64,000 bases of DNA from an uncultured virus (IMG/VR IMGVR_UViG_3300027974_000033) (Duplodnaviria; Heunggongvirae; Uroviricota; Caudoviricetes): IMG/VR virus record IMGVR_UViG_3300027974_000033. One strand, written 5' to 3'. The position numbers and the translations under genes were made by a program. Of the stretch, positions 19,801 to 27,948 are shown piece by piece (positions within the stretch are counted from its first letter, which is position 1; every line of letters begins with the position of its first letter). Below the pieces are notes generated by a model. The model saw only the letters and a program-made list of their open reading frames with translations, was not told where the DNA came from and searched no databases.

Positions 19801-22021
19801 GCCATTTTGCTGCTTCTTGTGCAACAATGCCAGTAGATGTTCCATTTACTGATGTGACACCAGGAATCTTTGGCATATCTTGATTCATATATGCTTGTGG
19901 GTTTTTTCCAATTCTTACATTAACTGGGCCTGCTCCAGGAACTGTTCCAAATATTGTTCCCATTTGTGGGCTTTGTGATGGTATGAGATGCGACATATCT
20001 CTTGAATATGGCTGTCCTACTAATGGGTTATTTTTATCTACAACTCTTTGGCCTGCTCCGCCAGAAGCAATTACTCCACCTGCTACGGTAGATATTGCTG
20101 GTTGGACTGCAACTTTTGCTGCATTTGCTTTAATCTCAAGATTATTAAATGATTCTGTTAAAGTATTTACTGCATTTGATAATACAATTGTTGCTTCTGA
20201 ATCTGAATAAAATGATGTTGCTAATCCTTTTGCTGCTGCTTCTGCAGCCATTATTTCTGGTGTTAGTAACTTGAACCCTTGTCCACCCTTTGCAAGTTGT
20301 CTTAAATGGAAAATTCCTTTTATAACATAACCAATAAAGTTACCCATAACACCAGCCAACATAATGAGTGGTCCAGCAATTGCTGTTATTCCACCTAATG
20401 CATTTAAAAATGTTTTAATTGGTCCTGGCAGGTGCTGGAAAAATTTAATAATAGAATCAACAACTTTTAATACTTGTGTGCTTATTTTTAAGAACTGCTC
20501 ACCTGTTTGTGCTAAATCTGCTTGTACTGAAGCCCATGCTCTTTTAAACTGTCCAGAGGCTGACTCTGTCATAAGCTTTAATTCTCGCTCGGATATGCTT
20601 GCAAGGTCTACTGCACTTGCTTTCATTAGATCCATAACTTGAAGCGTTTGTGAGCCCTGTTTGCCTAAGTTTTCAAATAGTGCAGACATTCTTGCAAACT
20701 GAAACTTACCAAATAATTGTTCAATTGCTCTTGATTTATCTAATGGATTTAGTTTATCTAGTGCTGATTGCAGTGCCATGATGGTTCCCGTTAAATCACC
20801 AGCATTAGTATTTACTATACCCTTTAAATCAATTCCAAACGATGCAAACTGTTCTGTTGCAACTTTAGTTGGATTAATAAGTGATGCCATTGCTGACTTG
20901 ATTGCATTTGCACCTTCGGCAGCATTTACTCCACCTTCTTTCATTGCTGTAAGGTATAGTGCTAAATCTTTTACATCTCCGCCGAGTGCTTTAATTACTG
21001 GGCCAGCTTTTGGAATTGCTTCAGTTAAATCTGCAAGGCTTGTTGATGTCTGGTTTTCAACTGCGTTGAGGAAGTCAATTGATTGTGTTAATTCTTCTGT
21101 GTTTTGTTTAAATGCATTTTGAATAGCAAGAGTTGCTTTCATTGCATCTTGTCTATCAACTTCTCCAAGTACTGCAAGTCTTGTTGTTTGCTGTGTGGCC
21201 TGAAGTAAATCATTACCTTGTTTACCAGTTGCAGCAAGGTCTGCTGCTAGGGAGATTGTGTCTTTAAATGCAACACCATATGAACCAGCAATTTCTTTTG
21301 CTGTGTCAGAAACATCTTTTCTAACTTTTGCAAGTTCTTGAGATGAAACTGCTGACAGCCCACCATAAACTTTTGTAAGTCTTACTAATTCTTGATCAGC
21401 TTCTTTAAATGCTTTTTGTGCAGCCATTCCAAATGCTGCAAGGGGTACAGTTAATCCAACTGTTAATTGGCGACCAGCCCACTGCGTGTTTTTACCCCAG
21501 TTAATAAGTTGGTTAGATCCATCAAGCATAACCTTATTCATGATTGCTGCTTCTTGGCGAGCAAGTGCCATCTTATTTTTTACTTCATCAAGACCTTTTG
21601 CAACCATTACGTTATACTGCATTAAGCCCTGTGCATTTTTACCAACAGGTTGAACTATTGCTTGCTGCAGCATTACCTGCTGTTTTGCAAGATCTTTAAT
21701 TAAATTGCTAGTCTTTTTTGTATGGCCATTCCAAGCATTATAATAATCGTTGAGCTTTAAACGGCCTCTATCTAAGTTCTTTCCGAACTTGTCTACGTCT
21801 GAAGATAGTGATACAAAGTGTGAGGAGAACTGGCCAGTTGAGCGCATCGTTTCTGCAAACGATTTGTTCATTACTGCAATTTGATTTGCAAGCTTAGCGT
21901 TAGTTCCCGCTGTTGTTTCTTGTAATTTTACGAGTTGGGCAGTAACCGCAGCTAGCTGAGTTCTTAAACTCGTAAAGTCTGCGTGGGCGGTAATATTGGT
22001 CGTGATTAAATTATCTGCCAT
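13850..22021 (-). CDS. Tape measure protein with inserted cargo domains
   Basis: 2723 aa, Ala-rich and helical, with a TP901-like core (LTVGLTVPL...AVENQTSTSLADL), hydrophobic segments and a GEKGPE motif. It follows the tail chaperones. Confidence 0.93.
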   Translation of the reverse strand: MADNLITTNITAHADFTSLRTQLAAVTAQLVKLQETTAGTNAKLANQIAVMNKSFAETMRSTGQFSSHFVSLSSDVDKFGKNLDRGRLKLNDYYNAWNGHTKKTSNLIKDLAKQQVMLQQAIVQPVGKNAQGLMQYNVMVAKGLDEVKNKMALARQEAAIMNKVMLDGSNQLINWGKNTQWAGRQLTVGLTVPLAAFGMAAQKAFKEADQELVRLTKVYGGLSAVSSQELAKVRKDVSDTAKEIAGSYGVAFKDTISLAADLAATGKQGNDLLQATQQTTRLAVLGEVDRQDAMKATLAIQNAFKQNTEELTQSIDFLNAVENQTSTSLADLTEAIPKAGPVIKALGGDVKDLALYLTAMKEGGVNAAEGANAIKSAMASLINPTKVATEQFASFGIDLKGIVNTNAGDLTGTIMALQSALDKLNPLDKSRAIEQLFGKFQFARMSALFENLGKQGSQTLQVMDLMKASAVDLASISERELKLMTESASGQFKRAWASVQADLAQTGEQFLKISTQVLKVVDSIIKFFQHLPGPIKTFLNALGGITAIAGPLIMLAGVMGNFIGYVIKGIFHLRQLAKGGQGFKLLTPEIMAAEAAAKGLATSFYSDSEATIVLSNAVNTLTESFNNLEIKANAAKVAVQPAISTVAGGVIASGGAGQRVVDKNNPLVGQPYSRDMSHLIPSQSPQMGTIFGTVPGAGPVNVRIGKNPQAYMNQDMPKIPGVTSVNGTSTGIVAQEAAKWHAMTAAIAMQSEAEIKTLKAEVMATGTITSSLAESYQALLPQFSEITQLAAAETQAIVAELQASKITVDQARAKVISMNATVEAMLAETAAATAAGMGRVANLTTVPLTAQPVVDPLTGKSNMKEMFHKGTTKDIVDKIARALGGVRTSGAGYNIQTTKPKFADGGIVPGTGNSDTYHTTAEAGSFVINKKSTQENMPIISNLLGGTPTFADGGQVPVVLTPGEAVVPADIAQDNMPLMHALNGGPGNTSGLGRNLGGGLSENLFTGLKGWLTRNSDPSYDASLKNRVILHDAAVLNHLGFSEDEAVSMAKRDFEEAMQRTKDPKTGQVDRKAFNRFRIEQSRRMQEYIDMQGMGRTVVNKDGSTSKAKYKDLLWQDKPEELKPGGRPSANSRVQPSRSLVAALMARADIDQVSLQRVMNTFTSNGKLDYASEHLDQDRNFFTTENGNLKSNRTRGNAYLAMAGSSKVNSFTNWLASMTQGKFVDRVPLTGNAAKETADLLAKELKYGNAQNLIKRMPVIQRGHMITQMMRLLLTRGRALPLTREIAANSGGEIPGSFAQRLFGGGKAMFLGIPKTIKQVEQQRAMKAAMEKADLAVKDSRFARHPVTEYGDLLEPTSGRSFPVPGIGGVYTRNGEKVFVKPMLDEKAALAEMRATQIAREAHGLKAPKQSVNVMRDPTDPKGLRKLLVLESQFDKALTVQDGKFTTDQYFRQLLASSLRGDKDLGRGNLSGNVLADVGTAGVFSTASGVRDYSAMMPSVGNQAMINLLGVKGSGAKKFFAESTMDIPAGMTADAYHSRMLSEIETTLPRLKKTIGSFDLNQEEKVIYAKMIQRLEDARDVNWNKLHGVHSAVVASKETNLTPAALAKIAAAEELKRRQSGHIVSLSDAGFKSSANGFAIGGMIGNVLKGKAMHRIGAGFGPTGAPKPSMYESAPWGVNSLSIEMANTLFANTGLRKHTQKLFYDKFAAALAKEKPYGYVKDAKGSLKNALEPDILDSVVRSAASDLIGDRSVLKQLSPIDKDILRNKYLNWESKKDTPLTESLKKIIFGLEGREKGGPVNAGQPYVVGEKGPELFVPRNAGGIIPNKYGAGGQIAGSIAAMVGAGMIASKIANPIASMIVQQLGFMLPMMMQSATLGQGGKGGRLMSKLPASMTTPVGVISGKTGGLTKYGTAMTEMASSGKRFQGIIGKLGLAMTRFNLIAFGAVTAITIGIKVWKAHNESMRLNALGYGMTAEAAQKAGLKFTDFNGKMKDVVTDAKSVIEHNKMLYESMTTSGTPLKLTIEQYKKLKTEVKSTYKDQIALINKTSGKDQADLAVRLKEQFIAMGMSAEQATAKIYTMYKLSNKAASASLYTFGNSRFVNRKDAVTGAVGAIGTYDKAASTNRDATEQANALNTALMGTDTAISTKYNEMLKARKKDKTKPSFISTGELDQMKLDAESQTLDAINGKLKTQGTLTKETIDELAKENPEIRKIATTQDTVLSLWQKTRLEARGYTGDLSALNAQQTAALYKMAEAVAANVEGQNRVGLLKKQYDSLDKLKALQEKYTKAMKGQSVAAQISDRDRLAAINKQIDAINKLADARKKALEDKKNTEDTGRAIEAKKLELQNAEATGNTAGAQQARLDLEGLVKGQQYDQQIKAIDAKAKADIEPLKKQAEAISNKQQAMGDAAALAGEKMGDLTKEIDKLETPMNAFNKAITAYQMAITKHKDDLAKWKTTDEYRGMLAAITAAATAAKVDTTGLSKDKDGNLGIKAGQELFDKVAPGIEAALEKSGITLNGDLIVNGKKIDMGKTTGMAKLSTVPTTIPAGNGAYSGSTFIQPQELQKAGATQKMDASGRSSTWVGVEFLDKDGKKWVVSGDGGRAGLSITKKAGYGTMRLDPKVPTIVGDRGPEMAFGGMVIPNMAKIPYASPRYDVNQAAKMFEPMRDANAGQGIINYTQHIHASPGMNEAQLITKAKVAAVEFLQATLKQNEKMVGVKRT

Positions 22022-22030
22022 ATACTTATG

Positions 22031-22405
22031 TTACTCTATAGAGTATCCTAATCCTGCTCCGATACCAAAACCAGCTTCGCTGGCAAAGGCCCCTTGTAGT
22101 GAAACTACATCATCTGCTGATGCATTTATACCAAGTGCTCTTCTTTTAATATCTTCGAAGGTTGATTCCCCCTCATTTTGATTACTGCTTTCATTTAAAT
22201 CTACACCCTGAATTGAAGCTAAGAATTTTCTTTTCTCCGACTCAGACTTTTGCATTGATTTAAAAGTCTGGATTAACTCTGGCATTGAAAGATTATCTTC
22301 TAGTTGTTCGTAATTTATCCAATTACCAAGAAGAAAAACTTCCCCTTCTAAAGCGGCTAGATCTAGTTCTGACCAGCCAGTACTGCTGCCGCTAGTAGGT
22401 TTGGG
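22031..22405 (-). CDS. Tail assembly chaperone, frameshifted C-terminal (gpT-like) part
   Basis: The -1 frame is open from the slippery site (PTSGSSTGWSELDLAALEGEVFLLGNW...LSMPEL) into the track ORF 22031-22285. Confidence 0.8.
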   Translation of the reverse strand, partial: PKPTSGSSTGWSELDLAALEGEVFLLGNWINYEQLEDNLSMPELIQTFKSMQKSESEKRKFLASIQGVDLNESSNQNEGESTFEDIKRRALGINASADDVVSLQGAFASEAGFGIGAGLGYSIE

Positions 22406-22695
22406 TCGTCCATCTTAATTCCTCCGCAAACTTCTAGAATGCGATTGATAGTTGGAACGTCAAGTGTGTCTTCAAATGCGTCTTTATCTGCTACTAGGTC
22501 TGGCAGTTGCTTTTTTAGTGCCACTCCACATGCCTCAATAAGAATTGTTAATGTCTCATCTTCTGATGTTACTTCTTGTGTTCTTTGAATGACCTTCATA
22601 AACTCACGAAGCTCTTTAATTGTTAAAGGCTTGAGTTTAACTGTTGCGCCATTTTGTAGTTGAATTTCTTCAACATCATATACTGTAGTTGCCAA
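22363..22695 (-). CDS. Tail assembly chaperone (gpG-like)
   Basis: Lies between the major tail and tape measure genes; TTG start with SD AGGAGG; LKPLTIKELR motif. Confidence 0.85.
   Translation of the reverse strand: MATTVYDVEEIQLQNGATVKLKPLTIKELREFMKVIQRTQEVTSEDETLTILIEACGVALKKQLPDLVADKDAFEDTLDVPTINRILEVCGGIKMDDPNLLAAAVLAGQN
22399..22405 (-). promoter_or_regulatory. -1 programmed ribosomal frameshift site C CCA AAC
   Basis: X XXY YYZ heptamer in codons GAC CCA AAC, in the correct phase to join the downstream ORF. Confidence 0.8.
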
Positions 22696-22756
22696 TTTAA
22701 TCCTCCTAGGATTCTGTCTTAATTATTGTATCATATTCAAAATATCATAGCAATAG

Positions 22757-22780
22757 AAAACCCCCCAATTTCTTGGGGGG
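22757..22780 (-). terminator. Intrinsic terminator after the major tail gene
   Basis: CCCCCCAA/TTGGGGGG stem followed by TTTT on the minus strand. Confidence 0.75.
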
Positions 22781-22803
22781 CATCTATTAATTAATTAAAT
22801 TAA

Positions 22804-23541
22804 TTATGCTGAAAGAACACGGTCTACAATGAAACCATATTCTGCACCTGAGTGAGCTGAGTCACCAGATGGAAGCAAACGGAATGTTACTGGGAATGTT
22901 GATGCTGCGTTACGAGCCAAAGAGAACTGTGACTGTTGTACAGAAAGAACACGACGTGCATAGTATACACGCTCAGTCTTAGGATCTGATTCTGAAGTTG
23001 GTGCTTGACCAACTGCAATAAGCTGACGCTCTGTTGGTGCTTCACCAAGAGCTCCACCTGCAAGACCTAGCTTTTTGCCAGAGTCTGTAAGTGTAGTTGA
23101 TGCCTGACCAAATACAGCAAGAACGTTCTCAAGAGTACCTTCTGCCATTTCTGTTGCGATCATAACTTCCATTGTCTCCTTGAATAGCTTTGCTGAGTCA
23201 AGAAGCTGATCTACTGTTACTGAACCGTATGATGGGTTGTATGTAACCTGAAGACCGTTGTTTGTGTAACCTACGTTACGATAAAATGCACCCTTTGTGT
23301 CAAGCGCTGGTGAAATTGCACCAGTTGCTGCTGTTGCAGTATCAATCTTGTTCAAAGAATCTGTATAAGACTCTCCAGTTTTAAATGCTGGAACTGTCTT
23401 GTTCTTGTTTGCTGTGAATGCATTGAGTGTACCAGCTGGTGCTGATGTCACGTAATCTGGGCTAGTGATGTCATTTACTGAAAGAAACAGTGGTGACGCA
23501 CCAACGAGAATATTTCTAGCATTACCTGTATTTTGTGCCAT
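22804..23541 (-). CDS. Major tail tube protein
   Basis: VGYTNNGLQVTYNP...VDQL motif; strong SD AGGAGG; followed by a terminator; typical position. Confidence 0.88.
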   Translation of the reverse strand: MAQNTGNARNILVGASPLFLSVNDITSPDYVTSAPAGTLNAFTANKNKTVPAFKTGESYTDSLNKIDTATAATGAISPALDTKGAFYRNVGYTNNGLQVTYNPSYGSVTVDQLLDSAKLFKETMEVMIATEMAEGTLENVLAVFGQASTTLTDSGKKLGLAGGALGEAPTERQLIAVGQAPTSESDPKTERVYYARRVLSVQQSQFSLARNAASTFPVTFRLLPSGDSAHSGAEYGFIVDRVLSA

Positions 23542-23663
23542 GTTGTAAAACCTCCTGTTAAATAAATATATATATATTGACTTACATTTTAAATCTAATC
23601 AAAGCTGGCTAGGCTCTCTTTTTCCTCTTAGCTAATTTTACTGGATAACTAGACTAAAAGCAA

Positions 23664-24173
23664 CTAGTTAAATCGACCCTCGGAATCTGTAGTTCTTGAA
23701 TATTTGACCTCTAGGATTACATCTGTGGACATAAAGCCCTTAAGTTCTGCTGAAGGCTCTATGGGTGATGTCTCGACTACATGAATGCTGTGGAAAATTA
23801 GTTTATTCGTGTCCCTAACTGCATTTGCATCTCTGGCAGACTCGTCCATTCTGCGGAACAAGTCCATCATAAGGTTTCTTATTTCATAGACCTCTGTGAT
23901 GTCTGTCGAGTAAATTGTAAATAGGACTTTTTCGCAGCATATCAACCAAATGTCTTCATATGACATTCCGATCTTGTCATAAACAATATGCTTTTTACCA
24001 TTTAGAAATTGATCCATTTCTGGTGATTGCTGTACTGGTATGATTGGGATTATCTCTGTTCCAAGATTATCTGAATAGTAATTATAGGGATCAAATATTC
24101 CCGCATCTTTTAACTCTTTCCACAAAAATTTACGAAGCTCGAACATTGCGTCTATTTTATAATCTACCGTCAT
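23664..24173 (-). CDS. Tail terminator-like protein
   Basis: Size and position directly before the major tail gene. Confidence 0.6.
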   Translation of the reverse strand: MTVDYKIDAMFELRKFLWKELKDAGIFDPYNYYSDNLGTEIIPIIPVQQSPEMDQFLNGKKHIVYDKIGMSYEDIWLICCEKVLFTIYSTDITEVYEIRNLMMDLFRRMDESARDANAVRDTNKLIFHSIHVVETSPIEPSAELKGFMSTDVILEVKYSRTTDSEGRFN

Positions 24174-24958
24174 AGTGAGCCTCCAAATGCTGCCTGTAGT
24201 GATGCGTCCGCCTGTGTTCTTATTTTACCAGGGCTGAAGCTATATTGCACCTTCTTTATATTCATTGGAAGATTTAGTGCTTTTGTCATTTTTGAATTAA
24301 ATATTCTTTGTAGTCCAGATGATTTTATTGATGAGTTTACCAACTGCCCACCAAAAAATCTTCCATATGACAATGAGAATTGATTTGTGGCCTGTGCTCC
24401 ACCAGGCCTCTTAACGGTCACTGACGTACCTTTGGGCATGAAGACAGTTTCACCATCTAGCTCGAATACTAGGCGCTCAGCCGACCTTGGACGGATTACT
24501 ATGGGCATTCCAGTTTCCATCACAAGAGCTTTGTTTGCAAATATATATTTCTTTTTTTGTTTTTTATTTTTAGACGGCACGGATGACTTAGATAATTTAA
24601 AGTCATAGTTTATTTTAAATGATAAGCCATCTAGATCTAGTCTTGAAAGTTTAAATAGTCTTGCGGTTGGTACTCCAACCTTATTCCATTCGTATACATG
24701 ATGTAAAGATCTTGGCTTTACTCTTGACTGCGAATCAATATAGTCGCCAAAGTCTTTTTCTATTTGATTAAATATTGTTGTTTTAAATAAATTCTTAAAC
24801 TCAGCATTTGTTGTTAGCTTAGAAAGGACTGCTGCTTCATAATATAAAAATGCAGAAACTTGTGCTACTGTGCTATCCCTAAGAATTCCTGGGGCTGATC
24901 CAGCCATTAATCTTTCAAGTCCGCTGGCAGTTTGAATTAACGCTACGCTAGAATCCAA
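24170..24958 (-). CDS. Neck/tail-completion region protein
   Basis: Basic protein in the head-tail block; probable TTG start at 24958 (track extends to 25012). Confidence 0.55.
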   Translation of the reverse strand: MDSSVALIQTASGLERLMAGSAPGILRDSTVAQVSAFLYYEAAVLSKLTTNAEFKNLFKTTIFNQIEKDFGDYIDSQSRVKPRSLHHVYEWNKVGVPTARLFKLSRLDLDGLSFKINYDFKLSKSSVPSKNKKQKKKYIFANKALVMETGMPIVIRPRSAERLVFELDGETVFMPKGTSVTVKRPGGAQATNQFSLSYGRFFGGQLVNSSIKSSGLQRIFNSKMTKALNLPMNIKKVQYSFSPGKIRTQADASLQAAFGGSL

Positions 24959-25373
24959 TTTCCTGGTTCTCCGATCTCTTTGCAACAGAGTTGTATGCAA
25001 GAACATTACCAAATGGATCGGTAATCGGGGTAGAGCTTATGACTTCAAATACTGTTGGTGTATTATTTGGGTAGTTAATTTCTTTCCAAACAACGTTACC
25101 AGACATATCTCTAACATTGGTAATCTTTTCTCTATATGTTATTTGATCAGGTGTTCTGATTTCAAGCATTTGTTCATTTGAATACTTATTGTTAAATATC
25201 TGCTTGTCGCCGCTTCTTCCAGAACCAGAATTTGAAATTATTCCTTTTGCCGCACATGGGACAGACCTAGTAAAAATCCATTCTTTTTTAATGGCTCCAG
25301 TATTTTCATCTTGAGTGTCTAATTGAAGATAGATATCTAGCTTCATTGGCATTAATGAAGTTGCTAGGCTCAT
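24948..25373 (-). CDS. Head closure (stopper) protein
   Basis: QDENTGAIKKEW motif, 141 aa, follows the adaptor. Confidence 0.7.
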   Translation of the reverse strand: MSLATSLMPMKLDIYLQLDTQDENTGAIKKEWIFTRSVPCAAKGIISNSGSGRSGDKQIFNNKYSNEQMLEIRTPDQITYREKITNVRDMSGNVVWKEINYPNNTPTVFEVISSTPITDPFGNVLAYNSVAKRSENQEIGF

Positions 25374-25374
25374 T

Positions 25375-26361
25375 TTAGAACGCTACCATTCCGTTCAATA
25401 CATACGGTGCAAGTAGTTGGTCTGCATACAAGTTTCCAGTTCCTCTATGTGCATCCTGCAAGAATTCAAACTTCCAGTCAAATGTACTAATGTTCTTAAC
25501 ATACTTATCTTTCCATGCACGATCCTGATCAAAGTATTGCTTAATTAATACTATGCATGCCTCTTCAACATTATCTGGTATTGAGGACCATCCAAATCTT
25601 CCTTGAACAGAATATCTGCGATCTTTTTTAAATGCAGCGGAAAATCCTTGGTCGTTAATTGTTGGCTGGACCATTCCGTTTGCAGAATAAATCATGTCGT
25701 CCATCATCTGCTGCCTGTTGACTCTGATTCCAAATCCCGATTCAGAAATCATTGGTTCGTATATCCAGTTTTTAACATTGTTTATATTATCAATTAAAAG
25801 GACATCGTTTTCATATACCTCATGAATTTCATTAAGTTTAAATGGCATAGGCAAAATGTCTGAGCCTGAGCCATAAACAATCTGCTTATCATCGTATAAA
25901 TGAAAAATCTGATTTGTATAAATTTCAATAAGTTTTCTGGCATACTTTTCAGCCATCTGTAGCTCGTGATATGATTTATAGTTAGGGTCAGAAGGATCTG
26001 TTCCAAAGTTTAAATCATCAATGATGTCTGATAGATTTGCATATGGTGTTACTACGTCTGTAAAGTATATGTGTGAGGCCTGATTATTATTGACCGTGTA
26101 CCGCCACTCTACTTTAAATTTTCTATTTCTTCTGCATAAAGATAACGGCAAAACAACCTGATACGTTCCCATATCAGTTTCTAGTTTTGTAGCAGTAAAT
26201 GTTCCTACTGGAACTGTTGGGCTAACTGCTGGGGATACTGTATTGTCTTCGGTAATATCGTATATAACCGCTGTAACAGATCCATCTGCATCTACTAGTT
26301 CTCCACCCCAAAATATTTTTGTTTTAATTGGTGAAGTTTGATCTTTGTATATTTCTGCCAT
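25375..26361 (-). CDS. Head-to-tail adaptor with N-terminal Ig-like domain
   Basis: Motifs YANLSD...AEKYARKLIEIYT...GRFGWSSIPDNVEEA...ADQLLAPY. Confidence 0.75.
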   Translation of the reverse strand: MAEIYKDQTSPIKTKIFWGGELVDADGSVTAVIYDITEDNTVSPAVSPTVPVGTFTATKLETDMGTYQVVLPLSLCRRNRKFKVEWRYTVNNNQASHIYFTDVVTPYANLSDIIDDLNFGTDPSDPNYKSYHELQMAEKYARKLIEIYTNQIFHLYDDKQIVYGSGSDILPMPFKLNEIHEVYENDVLLIDNINNVKNWIYEPMISESGFGIRVNRQQMMDDMIYSANGMVQPTINDQGFSAAFKKDRRYSVQGRFGWSSIPDNVEEACIVLIKQYFDQDRAWKDKYVKNISTFDWKFEFLQDAHRGTGNLYADQLLAPYVLNGMVAF

Positions 26362-26377
26362 TAACTTATGTTAACGT

Positions 26378-26770
26378 TTAGTTGTAGAAGTCCTGAACTT
26401 CCTTTGGTGTCGCTAAACGAAAACCCTCCTCTGTATCAAAGATATTTTGAGCATCTTCTTCAGACATTGCTACAAAAGGATGATCTTTTGTAAAAGTATA
26501 TCCGTGGATATCGTATCTGTGATTGTCTCTTGTCATTCTTACAAGTAGGGTATCTTCTGCCTGAGCTTTTGGATCAAACTTTGGAAGAACTTCAATTTCT
26601 TCTGTGTCTCTTTCAATTGCTTCTAACGTGCTTTGATATACACTCCAAGTAACGCCTTCTTCTGCTAGAGCTGCAATAATGTCTTTTTTATTTTTTAGGC
26701 CTTCTGAATCAACTGCAAAATCTGTTGCAATTACTTTTAACTCAGCCACTTTTAATGTGTCAAACGACAT
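26378..26770 (-). CDS. Hypothetical protein with Rho-N/HeH-like N-terminus
   Basis: LKVAELKVIA...KKDIIAAL; C-terminal FRLATPKEVQDFY; SD AAGGAG. Confidence 0.65.
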   Translation of the reverse strand: MSFDTLKVAELKVIATDFAVDSEGLKNKKDIIAALAEEGVTWSVYQSTLEAIERDTEEIEVLPKFDPKAQAEDTLLVRMTRDNHRYDIHGYTFTKDHPFVAMSEEDAQNIFDTEEGFRLATPKEVQDFYN

Positions 26771-26825
26771 ATTTTATTTCTCCTTTTTCTAGGTCCTTTA
26801 ATTATAGCATTGTTAAATTTAAATG

Positions 26826-26855
26826 AAAAGCCCCCAAAATTAATTGGGGGCCTTT
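26826..26855 (-). terminator. Intrinsic terminator after the major capsid gene
   Basis: GCCCCCAA/TTGGGGGC stem followed by TTTT on the minus strand. Confidence 0.8.
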
Positions 26856-26877
26856 CTGTAGTCTAATTCTTAATTAA

Positions 26878-27927
26878 TTAAGAAGCAACCTTAACGTTCT
26901 TTACAACTACCCAAGCGTCTGCCTGCTCGATTTGAACGCCAACACGAGTATACATTGTGTACTCGATTGAGTCCTTACGTGGCCAGAAGAATCGGTAAAC
27001 AGTAACATCACGCTTGATACCAATAACAACGTTATTTGGGAATGTCAAGTGGATATCTCCGTGTGAACCTGATGGGCTTGCATATGTACCTGTCTGTGTC
27101 TCAGGAAGCAATGGAACTTCAACGATTGGAATACCAAATGCGTATGGAGCTACATATCCTGCTGGACCTCCAAGAACTGGAACATCACCACGGATGATGC
27201 CTGAAGCAATATCCTGTGGAGTAACGTTCTGGATGTTCTGTGAGTTAGAGTATAAGTAATCCTGGATCAAGTTTGATCCTGAAAGGAAGCGAAGGTCTGT
27301 ACGACGTTGCTTGTACTTACGTGGAAGAGCCTTTAGAGCTGAGTTAAATACTGCACGAGAAATTCCCGCACCTGCAGCATCGACAACACGTCCGTGTGTC
27401 TTTGCCTTCTTAACTACACCGTCAAAAGACTTGTATAGTGCATCGCTTGAAAGAGATGAGTCACCGTTAAGAAGAAGATCTTCGATGTCATTTCCTGCTT
27501 GTGTTGCCATCATACGTGCAATGTGATCTTCTAGATCTGCACCTTCAATGTTGTCTTCTAGAGACTCTGTTGAAAGCTCCCAGTCCATGCGGAGTTTCTT
27601 TGTTGAAAGAGAAATTTTTGAGAAAGTAACACCGCTGTTAGCAGCTGTGTTTTCGCCTTCGGATGCAAGCTTTACAAGCTTTTCTCCTACGGACATACGA
27701 TCAATTTCTGTTGTGTCGGATTTCATTCGGACTGTACGTGCAACCTTACCAATTACGGTAGCATCGAACATATAGTCCAAGAATCGTGCTGATTGTTCTG
27801 GGTTTAGAAGTCCACCGTTGCCATTTTCTGAAGCAACATGAACGCCTGAACCACCTGTTGAAGAACCGAACCCAGTTGATACTGTTGCACCAGCTGCTGC
27901 GGCCTTTTCTAATAATTCATTACTCAT
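26878..27927 (-). CDS. Major capsid protein (HK97 fold)
   Basis: GGLLNPEQSARFLD...ESLEDNIEG...GNDIEDLLLNGD; follows the protease; strongly biased codon usage. Confidence 0.92.
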   Translation of the reverse strand: MSNELLEKAAAAGATVSTGFGSSTGGSGVHVASENGNGGLLNPEQSARFLDYMFDATVIGKVARTVRMKSDTTEIDRMSVGEKLVKLASEGENTAANSGVTFSKISLSTKKLRMDWELSTESLEDNIEGADLEDHIARMMATQAGNDIEDLLLNGDSSLSSDALYKSFDGVVKKAKTHGRVVDAAGAGISRAVFNSALKALPRKYKQRRTDLRFLSGSNLIQDYLYSNSQNIQNVTPQDIASGIIRGDVPVLGGPAGYVAPYAFGIPIVEVPLLPETQTGTYASPSGSHGDIHLTFPNNVVIGIKRDVTVYRFFWPRKDSIEYTMYTRVGVQIEQADAWVVVKNVKVAS

Positions 27928-27948
27928 TTTTATTTCACCTACCTTATT

